A DNA stretch of 32,000 nt. It comes from an uncultured bacterium. GTDB taxonomy: Bacteria > Auribacterota > JACPWU01. The notes beneath the pieces are model-generated. The model ran no database searches. It saw nothing but the letters and a program-made list of their open reading frames with translations, and was not told the DNA's origin. The position numbers were made by a program, and so were the translations under genes. This document shows, piece after piece, positions 18,615-26,933 of this stretch (position 1 is the stretch's first letter; each line of letters opens with the position of its first letter). The DNA lies in NCBI GenBank assembly GCA_964640155.1, contig CAZXEQ010000009.1, positions 1 to 32,000 of the forward strand, read 5' to 3'.

Positions 18615-19739
18615 TTACGAAGAAACAACCGATAAATCAGAAAGTGTTTTGCTTGTGTTTTTTTGAAGTCGAAAATACGGATCACCTAAAATTTCGTATT
18701 TCATCGTACGCCGTTTGGCCTGATATCCTGCATTTTCAATCAGACGTACCATTTCTTGCTCAGTCATAAAAAAGACCGTTCCAGCTGCACGAACCACATT
18801 TTCCTCAATCATTAAACTTCCTAAATCGTCGACGCCATATTTTAAACTTAACTGGCCAATTTTAGGACCTTGTGTTACCCAAGAAGCTTGAAAATGATCA
18901 AAATTATCTAAATAAATTCTTGAGATAGCCAATGTCCTCAAATAATCAAAAGAAGAAGTTTTGCTTCCCCCCATAGGCGTATGGTCCGGCTGAAATGTCC
19001 ATGTGATAAAAGCGGTAAAACCATGCGTTTCATCCTGAAGTTGACGCAATCGATCTAAATGTTCAATACGTTCTTCCAACGTCTCAACATGTCCAAACAT
19101 CATGGTTGCTGTTGAACGCAAACCCAATCGATGTGCCACGCGCATGACATTCAACCACTCGTCGGAGTCAATTTTCTTAGGAGCTATGACCTTTCTTGCA
19201 CGTTCTACCAAAATTTCAGCCCCTGCTCCTGGAACAGAATCTAAACCAGCTTTGATCAAACGCTTGAGTGTTTCTTCAAGAGATAATTTTGAAACTTGGG
19301 CAATAAATGAAATTTCCGAAGCTGAAAAACCATGAATCCAAATAGGATATTTGGATTTGATATGCGTTAGCATGTCTTCATAAAAATCTATTTTTAAATA
19401 AGGATGATGTCCGCCCTGAAGAAGAATTTGTGTTCCTCCCAACGCTAATGTTTCTTCAATTTTTTTATCTAATTCTTCGTTAGAAAGCACATAACCATCT
19501 TTGGAACCTGGACGAACATAAAAAGCACAAAAATGACAATCGGTTACACAAAAATTGGTGTAATTAATATTACGATCAATAATGTAGGTAATGGTGGAAG
19601 GATCTGACTTTCGACAACGAACTCGATTTGCAAGATCACCCAAAAGTGGCAAATCCTGACAAGAAAAAAGTTCTAACGCTTCAGAAGGACTGATGCGCGT
19701 GCCATCAATAATTTTTGAAAGAATATTTTTCAAGCTCAT
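18615..19739 (-). CDS. mqnC: radical SAM enzyme, cyclic dehypoxanthinyl futalosine synthase-like
   Basis: CVTDCHFCAF (CxxxCxxC), LLQGGHHP and FITWTFQP. Assigning MqnC rather than MqnE relies on remembered family motifs only. Confidence 0.6.
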   Translation of the reverse strand: MSLKNILSKIIDGTRISPSEALELFSCQDLPLLGDLANRVRCRKSDPSTITYIIDRNINYTNFCVTDCHFCAFYVRPGSKDGYVLSNEELDKKIEETLALGGTQILLQGGHHPYLKIDFYEDMLTHIKSKYPIWIHGFSASEISFIAQVSKLSLEETLKRLIKAGLDSVPGAGAEILVERARKVIAPKKIDSDEWLNVMRVAHRLGLRSTATMMFGHVETLEERIEHLDRLRQLQDETHGFTAFITWTFQPDHTPMGGSKTSSFDYLRTLAISRIYLDNFDHFQASWVTQGPKIGQLSLKYGVDDLGSLMIEENVVRAAGTVFFMTEQEMVRLIENAGYQAKRRTMKYEILGDPYFRLQKNTSKTLSDLSVVSS

Positions 19740-20502
19740 ACCACCTTAAGTCCGGAAGTTTTGGAATCAAATGTTCGCGAAAAGCCATTTCATAAAAAAG
19801 CCTTAAACCTGCTTCATGTTCAGACGTCCAATCATAACAAATATTTTGAGTTAAATAAGACAAAACAAAATCTTCATTAATTTCAAGGACACTTTCTCTA
19901 GCGATCTTTTGTATATTGGCTTGTCCTCGCTTTTTTGATTTAATCAATCGAATTAAAGAAGTTTCATCAATATCATCGCTTCGTCCGGCCCAGAAAGCAT
20001 AAGTGAAAGGAAGATTTGTCAATTCCTGCCAGGCTTGTCCTAAATCAATCACCTGCCCTTTAAAATTCAAAGATTGCTTTAAAGCCTGGTCTCCTATGAG
20101 CAAAACACCATCATAAAGTTCAAGTAGCTTATCAAAACCTTGAGTCGTTACTTCATACTTAAAAGAACGTTGGAAATAATTTTGTTCCAAGACCTTTAAA
20201 AGTGCAAATCCTGTTTTAGATCTAGGATCTACTGCAATCGTCTGAGCTTCTGATAAATTCCCTTTTAAAAAAAGTAAAACTGATTTTACAGCTCCCTTGG
20301 AAGAAATAACTGCGTCAGGAACAATCGATAAATTTTTGATACGGGCATATTCAATAGAAGGGATCATTGCAATATCTACCTCCCCTTTCGCCAAAGCTTG
20401 CGCACAAGCATTGGGAGAAGCAAAAGTCATTACCATGTCCTTATTTGCAAGACCATAAGTTAATGGCTTTGCATTTAAAAAATCTGATGCTGCTATTTTC
20501 AT
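19705..20502 (-). CDS. mqnA: chorismate dehydratase (futalosine pathway)
   Basis: 265 aa with a periplasmic-binding-protein-like MqnA pattern: MKIAASDFLNAKPLTYGL .. FAFWAGR-type. It overlaps the mqnC start by 35 nt. Confidence 0.75.
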   Translation of the reverse strand: MKIAASDFLNAKPLTYGLANKDMVMTFASPNACAQALAKGEVDIAMIPSIEYARIKNLSIVPDAVISSKGAVKSVLLFLKGNLSEAQTIAVDPRSKTGFALLKVLEQNYFQRSFKYEVTTQGFDKLLELYDGVLLIGDQALKQSLNFKGQVIDLGQAWQELTNLPFTYAFWAGRSDDIDETSLIRLIKSKKRGQANIQKIARESVLEINEDFVLSYLTQNICYDWTSEHEAGLRLFYEMAFREHLIPKLPDLRWYELEKYSFKNY

Positions 20503-20512
20503 TTAAAGACCG

Positions 20513-20596
20513 TATTTCGTAGTTCGTAAATCGTAGTTAGCAAAAACGAAATACGAACTACTGTTTTTCACGAATTGCGAATTGCTAACTACGAAC
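20513..20596. repeat. 7-nt periodic spacer between mqnE and mqnA
   Basis: TATTTCG TAGTTCG TAAATCG TAGTTAG CAAAAAC GAAATAC GAACTAC TGTTTTT CACGAAT TGCGAAT TGCTAAC TACGAAC. There is a long-range inverted repeat, CGTAGTTAG 20532..20540 / CTAACTACG 20585..20593. The array runs into the last codons of mqnE. Confidence 0.7.
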
Positions 20597-21682
20597 TACT
20601 GTAGTATAAATTGCATCTCTCTCCACAGGCTCTCGTCCTGCTTCTCGAATAAGCTTGATCAAATTGTCTCTGGTCAACGCATTATCTGTCTTTGCACCTG
20701 CATCATGATAAATTTTTTCTTCAATAACCGTGCCATCAATATCATCCGCTCCATAGGAAAGAGCAATCTGAGCCAATGCAGGTGTAAGCATAATCCAATA
20801 AGCTTTAATATGATTAAAGTTGTCCAACAAGAGTCGTGAAATCGCTAAAGTCTTTAAATCTTCAACTCCCGTCGTCCATCCCAATTTTCCCATTCGGTTA
20901 TTTTCAGGATGATAGGCCAAAGGAATAAAACATCGAAAACCGTTGGTTTCGTCTTGAGCCTCTCGGAGATCCAATAAATGACGCACTCGTGCGTCGTATT
21001 TTTCAACATGACCATAAAGCATGGTTGCATTTGTTGGAATACCCAAACGATGCGCTGTTTTAGCCACTTCAAGCCATCTTGCACCCGTTGCTTTTTCACC
21101 ACAAATTTTTTTGCGAATTTTCTCATCAAAAACTTCAGCTCCACCCCCTGGCAAAGAATCAAGCCCGGCTTGTTTAAAATCACTTAAAACTTCATAAGCC
21201 GATTTTTTATAAATTTGAGAGAAGAAATCGATCTCAACACAAGTAAAGGCTTTGATATGAAGACTGGGATAAAACTTTTTAATGGTACTTAACAAATCAA
21301 TGTAGTACGGATAAGGAAGTTCAGGATGAAGTCCCCCAACCATATGAAGTTCGGTTAAACCCTGATTCCAAACCGCTTCAATTTTTTTAAGAATTTGCTC
21401 TTTATTAAGCGTATATGCATCTGGATCTTTTAAATCTCTGCGGAATGAGCAAAACAGGCAATCCACCGCACAAACATTGGTGTAATCAATATGAAGATTA
21501 ATCACAAAATAGGTTTTATTACCGTTTTTTCTTTCTCGAACTTGATTGGCAAGCGCACCTATTGCATTAACATCATGAGAATGAAACAAAGTCATTCCAT
21601 CTTCAAAAGAAAGACGTTCGCCTTTTTCAACTTTGATTGCAATAGCTGACAACTCTGATTTTTGTGTTAGCAGTTCAAGCAT
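20585..21682 (-). CDS. mqnE: radical SAM enzyme, aminodeoxyfutalosine synthase-like
   Basis: CAVDCLFCSF, MVGGLHPELPYPYY and HIKAFTCVEI. Assigning MqnE rather than MqnC relies on remembered family motifs only. Confidence 0.6.
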   Translation of the reverse strand: MLELLTQKSELSAIAIKVEKGERLSFEDGMTLFHSHDVNAIGALANQVRERKNGNKTYFVINLHIDYTNVCAVDCLFCSFRRDLKDPDAYTLNKEQILKKIEAVWNQGLTELHMVGGLHPELPYPYYIDLLSTIKKFYPSLHIKAFTCVEIDFFSQIYKKSAYEVLSDFKQAGLDSLPGGGAEVFDEKIRKKICGEKATGARWLEVAKTAHRLGIPTNATMLYGHVEKYDARVRHLLDLREAQDETNGFRCFIPLAYHPENNRMGKLGWTTGVEDLKTLAISRLLLDNFNHIKAYWIMLTPALAQIALSYGADDIDGTVIEEKIYHDAGAKTDNALTRDNLIKLIREAGREPVERDAIYTTVVRS

Positions 21683-21702
21683 ATATCCTCACGACAATAT
21701 TA

Positions 21703-21821
21703 AAAATCAAGAATCAAATATCAAAACGACAATGTAAAAATTAAGAAGATCCTCTTTTTTAGATTTTAAAATTTTTGAATTTTAATTTGTCATTTTAATT
21801 TTTGATTTTTGATCTTTGATT
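21703..21821. repeat. AT-only palindromic array of 17 in-phase heptamers between the UbiD-like gene and mqnE
   Basis: AAAATCA AGAATCA AATATCA AAACGAC AATGTAA AAATTAA GAAGATC CTCTTTT TTAGATT TTAAAAT TTTTGAA TTTTAAT TTGTCAT TTTAATT TTTGATT TTTGATC TTTGATT. The left units are reverse complements of the right units, giving an imperfect hairpin of about 120 nt. Confidence 0.8.
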
Positions 21822-23266
21822 TAAAATCCTAATTCTTTCCACATCCCATCTACTTTTGCTTTTACAGCAGCATCCATCACAATTTCATCAGGCCAATCCC
21901 GAGTAAACCCTTCTTCTTTCCACTTGCGTGTGGCATCAATACCCACTTTACTTCCTAAAGCAGGTAAGCGCGCAGCATGATCTAAAACATCTACCGGCCC
22001 ATGCGTAAAAAGAAAATCACGTTCTGGATCAATGTGATTTAACGCCTTCCAAGCTACTTCCTTGACATCATGAACATTCACATCTTTATCTACGATAACA
22101 ACTACTTTTGCGAAACAAAGTTGATTAAGGCCCCAAACAGCGCTCATCACTTTCTTAGCTTGCCCCGGATATCGCTTATCAATCGACATGATTAATAAAT
22201 TATGAAATACGCCTTCTGCTGGCATATTCATGTCCACCAATTCTGGCAATTGCTTTTTAAGCAAAGGTAAAAAAATACGTTCCGTTGTTTTACCCAGAAA
22301 AAAGTCTTCTTGCAAGGGCTTTCCAACAATAATGGTTGGATAAATGGGATTCTCTCTCATGGTCATTGCTGTCACATGAAAAACAGGGTATTGATCGGCT
22401 AATGAATAAAATCCTGTATGATCTCCAAAAGGTCCTTCTTGTCGCAATTCTGTAGGATCAACATAACCTTCCAAAACAATTTGAGAATTGGCTGGAACTT
22501 CCAAATCAATCGTCTGACATTTCACCATTTCAACTGGCACATTCCGAATAAAACCTGCCAACATCATTTCATCTACACCTTCAGGAAGAGGAGCTGAAGC
22601 TGAATAAATCACAGCGGGATCTGGTCCCAAAGCCACCGCCACTTCGACTCGTTTTCCAAGCGCTTTTGCCTTATGAAAATGAGCGGCGCCTCCCTTGTGA
22701 ATTTGCCAATGCATTCCAATTGTTTTTTCATCAAAAATTTGAAGTCGATACATGCCATAATTTGCAATTCCAGTCTCTGGATCTTTTGTAATCACGACAG
22801 GAAGTGTAATGTATCGACCTGCATCTTGAGGCCAACATTTCAAGGCAGGAATTTCAAAAAGGGAGAATTGATCTTTTTTAATAATTTCCTGGCAGGGACC
22901 TCGACGCACTGATTTTGGTTTTAATGCTCTCAAAGTTTGAAGCATGGGAAGCATTTGAACCGTTTCCATAAAACCGGAGGGCATTTTGGGTTCCAAAAAA
23001 ACATTCACACGTTCAGCCAATGCTTCAAGACTTTCAACACCTAAAGCCATTGCCATTCGCTTTTCTGTGCCAAAGGTATTAATTAAAACCGGAATGTTTG
23101 AACCTTTTACTTTTTCAAAAAGAAGCGCAGGTCCACCTGCTTTTGTCACACGATCCGTGATCTCAGTAATTTCCAAAATAGGATCCACTTCTTGAGAAAT
23201 TCTCTTAAGTTCTCCCTGTTTTTCCAAAGCTCTTATAAAATCGTTCAAATCCTGATATGCATGCAT
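21821..23266 (-). CDS. UbiD-family decarboxylase (menaquinone-associated, MqnL-like)
   Basis: 481 aa, full-length UbiD fold. It is the first gene of the mqnE-mqnA-mqnC operon. Confidence 0.85.
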   Translation of the reverse strand: MHAYQDLNDFIRALEKQGELKRISQEVDPILEITEITDRVTKAGGPALLFEKVKGSNIPVLINTFGTEKRMAMALGVESLEALAERVNVFLEPKMPSGFMETVQMLPMLQTLRALKPKSVRRGPCQEIIKKDQFSLFEIPALKCWPQDAGRYITLPVVITKDPETGIANYGMYRLQIFDEKTIGMHWQIHKGGAAHFHKAKALGKRVEVAVALGPDPAVIYSASAPLPEGVDEMMLAGFIRNVPVEMVKCQTIDLEVPANSQIVLEGYVDPTELRQEGPFGDHTGFYSLADQYPVFHVTAMTMRENPIYPTIIVGKPLQEDFFLGKTTERIFLPLLKKQLPELVDMNMPAEGVFHNLLIMSIDKRYPGQAKKVMSAVWGLNQLCFAKVVVIVDKDVNVHDVKEVAWKALNHIDPERDFLFTHGPVDVLDHAARLPALGSKVGIDATRKWKEEGFTRDWPDEIVMDAAVKAKVDGMWKELGF

Positions 23267-23368
23267 ACTAAAGCCCTCTCCTGTTTCCCACGAAGCTGTA
23301 AGTATGCTTGGTTAATCATAAAAAATCAAATATTAAGAAAGAAAATTTACAGAGATAATCCCGTATAC

Positions 23369-23494
23369 AAAAGTGTGTTCTTATTAGCTAAGAAACGGGT
23401 CCTGCCACTCGTCAGCCCCACCGTGCTCACTAAAAGTTGCGCGCGGCGGGGCTCCCCGTCGAGTGTCACCCGTATTTGTAAAGGACACACTTTT
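23369..23494 (-). repeat. GC-rich structured element, type B copy 1 (core 23397..23471)
   Basis: Core reverse complement: GGGTGA-CACTCG-ACGGGGAGCCCCGCCGCGCGCAACTTTTAGTGAGCACGGTGGGGCTGA-CGAGTG-GCAGGACCC. Outer helix is AAAAGTGTGT / ACACACTTTT (23485..23494 with 23369..23378). Confidence 0.85.
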
Positions 23495-23534
23495 TTGCAC
23501 AAGATCCAAGAAATTCTTCATTCAATTCCACAAG

Positions 23535-23695
23535 TGAAAATGGGGTGACCCGACTGGGGGTTCCCCATCGAGCGCCAGCAAGCGTCGCCTAAAACCTGAG
23601 AATCCTCATTAAATGCCCTGCCGACGCTGACCCCACAGGGGCTATAACTACATGTGCCGTCGATGGGGGTGAGGAGGGGCAGGACCCCATTTTCA
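23535..23695 (+). repeat. GC-rich structured element, type C (core 23542..23688)
   Basis: TGAAAATGGGGT-GA-CCC ... GGG-G-CAGG-ACCCCATTTTCA, with a 12-bp closing helix. Internal helices are CCCCATCGA/TCGATGGGG and AGCGTCG/CGACGCT around an AT-rich loop. Confidence 0.8.
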
Positions 23696-23831
23696 TGAAT
23701 TTTGGCAATCTCTACCATTGATTCATCTTGCTTTATGGCTCATCTTAACGTATAGAGTAGGAGTTCAATGCTGTTTTGGGATATAATTTTGTCTCTTTTG
23801 AGTCTCTTAACCCAAATTTTATGAGTCAACT

Positions 23832-24812
23832 ATGCATACAGAAATACTGAATGAACTTGAAGGCTTTATTGAAGAACAACTTCATTTGCTAAAGTCCGTT
23901 AAAGACTCTTGGCAGCCCAGCGATATTTTGCCAGACATGAGTGATGAATGCTGGCACGAAAAAGTTGAAGAATTACGCACAAAAACATCGAATTTATCCG
24001 ATGAACTTCTCGTCGTCCTTATTGGGAATACCGTTACAGAAGAGGCCTTACCCTCTTATCAAACCTGGTTAAATCGTTTTGAAGGCATGAGCGATAAAAC
24101 AGGTGTCAGCTCTAATCCTTGGTCTCTTTGGACAAGGGCTTGGACTGCTGAAGAAAACCGTCATGGTGAACTTCTTAATAAATACTTATATCTTTCTGGG
24201 CGAGTTAACATGCATGCGGTTGAAATCACCACACAAAATCTCATTAGAAATGGCTTTGATGTACGATCCGGAGACAGTTTCTATAAAGCCTTGGTTTATG
24301 CTGCGTTTCAAGAAAGAGGAACAAAAATTTCTCATCGTAATGTAGGTTTATTGGCTGAAAAATGTGGTGAAACAACCTTGAGCAAAATGTGCGTTTTGAT
24401 TGCAGGAGATGAAGCTCGACATGAAGAAGCTTACAAGAGATTTTTCGCCAAAATACTCGAACTAGATCCTTCTCGAGCTCTATGTGCTTTTGCAGACATG
24501 ATGAAACAAAAAGTCATCATGCCAGCCCGTCTCATGTCCGATGAAACAGATCGAGACTTATTTAATCAATTCTCTGTCGTTGCACAGAAAATTGGTGTTT
24601 ATACCATTCATGACTATGTTGAAATCATTGACCACTTGATTAATCTCTGGGGCATTCCAACCCTTTCTACTTCTTCCCCAGAAAGTGCGCAAGCACAAGA
24701 ATATCTTTGCAATTTGCCAGGACGGTATACAGGGAAAATTGAACGACTGGAAGAATCTTTGGCTAAACAACCCAGCAAATCTTTTCGATGGATATTTGAT
24801 CGTTGCGCTTAA
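23832..24812 (+). CDS. soluble acyl-ACP desaturase (diiron)
   Basis: 326 aa. EENRHG and DEARHE diiron ligand motifs at typical spacing. Confidence 0.85.
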   Translation: MHTEILNELEGFIEEQLHLLKSVKDSWQPSDILPDMSDECWHEKVEELRTKTSNLSDELLVVLIGNTVTEEALPSYQTWLNRFEGMSDKTGVSSNPWSLWTRAWTAEENRHGELLNKYLYLSGRVNMHAVEITTQNLIRNGFDVRSGDSFYKALVYAAFQERGTKISHRNVGLLAEKCGETTLSKMCVLIAGDEARHEEAYKRFFAKILELDPSRALCAFADMMKQKVIMPARLMSDETDRDLFNQFSVVAQKIGVYTIHDYVEIIDHLINLWGIPTLSTSSPESAQAQEYLCNLPGRYTGKIERLEESLAKQPSKSFRWIFDRCA

Positions 24813-24836
24813 ACAATTAAATTTAAAAAATCAAAG

Positions 24837-26870
24837 CTAAGATGTTTTAATATTTATATTTGATTTTGTTTTTCTCCATCCTTCTTTCCATTTTCTAGGA
24901 TCCAAACCTAAATCTCGACCCGTCAAACCCATTAAAGCCAAATGAGCATTTTCTCGCACAGAAGAATCAGGATCTTTTAAAACATCGATCAAAGATGGAA
25001 CCGCCTTTTCATTTTGAAAAATCCCCAAAAGCAGTACGCAGGTGTATCTTACTTCTGAGTCAGGATGCTTCAAAAGTTTAAGTATCACATCAAAAGTGGC
25101 CTGATCTTTTTCAGTATTAATTTGTCCTAAATATTGCACTATTTTTTTTGCATCACTTTTAGGATTTTGTAATGTTGCTAAAAGTAGTGGGAGTCGTGCT
25201 AACTCACCAAAATTTTCCAAAGCATCTTTAGCGCTCTGCTGAACTTCTAACACAGGATCGTTCAAGAGTTCTATAAGGCTTGAAATACTGATTGGATCAC
25301 GAACGGACCCCAAAGAAACGGCTGCATGGCTTCTCACCTTAGGAAATGGATCTTTTAAAGCTTCTACCAAAGCGCTCACACTGCCTTCTGCTCTTAAAAG
25401 ACCTAAAGATAAAGCTGCATTCGCACGAACCTCTGCATCTTCATCTTTTAAATGCATCATCACTTGAGGAGCAACAGAGGGATCCTGTAAAAGCCCTAAA
25501 GCTAACACCACATGTTTTCTGACTTCACTATCTTCATCTTGAATATGCGAAATCAATATTTCTTTAGCCCGTGTATCCTTTAAAATTCCAAGAAGAATTG
25601 CTGCGTGACGTCGGACCAAAGGATGAGCATCATTTAAAGCTTTTAAAGTTAATTCAAAACTCTTTTTTTCAAGTTTTCCTTTTAATTCCCGATCACGCAA
25701 TTTTTGATTTAACGTAATCACCGCTTGAGCCCTGATCAGCGGATCTTTACTCTGCAAAACCCGAAAAATAGGATCTTCGGATAATCTCTCCAATAAAATT
25801 TCTCTTTCTTGTTGGACTCCTGTTAATTTGACCTGAGCTTCATGCAAAATCTTTTTATATTCCTTTTGAGCACGTTGATGCTGAGCGACCAAATAAAGAG
25901 TCCAAACAAGACCCATTACAAGCATAATCGCTAAAGCCCAGAGCACCGCCTGATAACGACATAACTTTCGATACAACCTGATCGTCAAGGGCGTGGGGCG
26001 TGCCCAAATGGGATCCCCCATTTGAAAACATTTTAAATCTTCTACTAATTTTTGAGCAGAGGGATATCGATTTTTGGGATTTTTTTCAATGGCCTTGAGA
26101 ATGATCACTTCTAAATCCTTTGGAATCTTAGAATTAATCAAATGAGGGGCTCGAGGTTCTTCTTCCAAAACCTTTTTCAATAAAGCCAAATGATTTGCAG
26201 CCTGAAAAGGAAGCTCTTTTGTAAACATTTCATACATTAAAATCCCCAGAGAATAAACATCAACCAAATTGGTTGATGGCTCGTCGGGGTCCGATCTAGC
26301 CTGTTCCGGCGACATATACGCTGGGGTTCCCATGATTGTTCCATCAAGAGTCATAAGCGTTGCATTTTCTATTTTGGCCAAACCAAAATCCATGATCACA
26401 GGGCGACCTGTGGGATCCAGCATGATATTTGAAGCCTTAATATCACGATGAATGGTTCCATGTTCATGAGCAAAAGCAAGCGCTTCCGCTAATTTCTCAG
26501 AAATTTCAACTGCTTTTGAAAAAGGTAATCCTCCGGCTGAAAAAACTTGTTCCAAAGTTTGTCCTTCAATATATTCCATGGCAATAAAAGGACCTGTCTG
26601 AGTTTCTCCATAGTCATAGACAAGAGCAATATTGGGATGATTCATTCGAGCCGCCGCAGCAGCTTCATTGCGGAATCTTTTGACAAAGGTATGATCTTGC
26701 GCCAAATGCGAGGGAAGCACTTTTAGAGCAACTTTACGTTCCAAGCGAGGATGGTAGGCTTCGTAAACAAGCCCCATTGCACCCTGGCCAATTTGACGAA
26801 TGATTTTATAATTTTCGATTTGTTCAATAGAAGGATTTTTATTTTCTTCAGGAGGAGAAGAATCTGTCAT
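24837..26870 (-). CDS. Ser/Thr protein kinase with one TM helix and C-terminal HEAT (PBS-lyase-type) repeats
   Basis: GQGAMGLVY .. VALKVL .. HRDIKASN .. DFGLA .. GTPAYMSPE. Then a hydrophobic segment, AVLWALAIMLVMGLVWTLYLV, and repeated D..VR..A..ALG units. Confidence 0.88.
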   Translation of the reverse strand: MTDSSPPEENKNPSIEQIENYKIIRQIGQGAMGLVYEAYHPRLERKVALKVLPSHLAQDHTFVKRFRNEAAAAARMNHPNIALVYDYGETQTGPFIAMEYIEGQTLEQVFSAGGLPFSKAVEISEKLAEALAFAHEHGTIHRDIKASNIMLDPTGRPVIMDFGLAKIENATLMTLDGTIMGTPAYMSPEQARSDPDEPSTNLVDVYSLGILMYEMFTKELPFQAANHLALLKKVLEEEPRAPHLINSKIPKDLEVIILKAIEKNPKNRYPSAQKLVEDLKCFQMGDPIWARPTPLTIRLYRKLCRYQAVLWALAIMLVMGLVWTLYLVAQHQRAQKEYKKILHEAQVKLTGVQQEREILLERLSEDPIFRVLQSKDPLIRAQAVITLNQKLRDRELKGKLEKKSFELTLKALNDAHPLVRRHAAILLGILKDTRAKEILISHIQDEDSEVRKHVVLALGLLQDPSVAPQVMMHLKDEDAEVRANAALSLGLLRAEGSVSALVEALKDPFPKVRSHAAVSLGSVRDPISISSLIELLNDPVLEVQQSAKDALENFGELARLPLLLATLQNPKSDAKKIVQYLGQINTEKDQATFDVILKLLKHPDSEVRYTCVLLLGIFQNEKAVPSLIDVLKDPDSSVRENAHLALMGLTGRDLGLDPRKWKEGWRKTKSNINIKTS

Positions 26871-26933
26871 TTCTTCATTCTTTCCAATGTCATTCGTTTT
26901 AACTCCAACTTCATCATAACGATGAACTGAATT

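Noticed and set aside
23192-23718. ORFs 23192..23548(+), 23518..23718(-) and 28606..28884(+) span the B and C elements.
   Set aside because: They have no SD and no recognisable domains, and they run through GC-rich hairpins. B1 and B2 are in opposite orientations, so they would encode unrelated peptides. I treat them as spurious.
26871-26933. The 63-nt (9 x 7) spacer between the phosphatase and kinase genes as a fifth heptamer array.
   Set aside because: Only a weak ..TC periodicity is present and no repeated unit can be written. It also contains an ordinary small hairpin, TTCATC/GATGAA. It does not meet the standard of the other four arrays.
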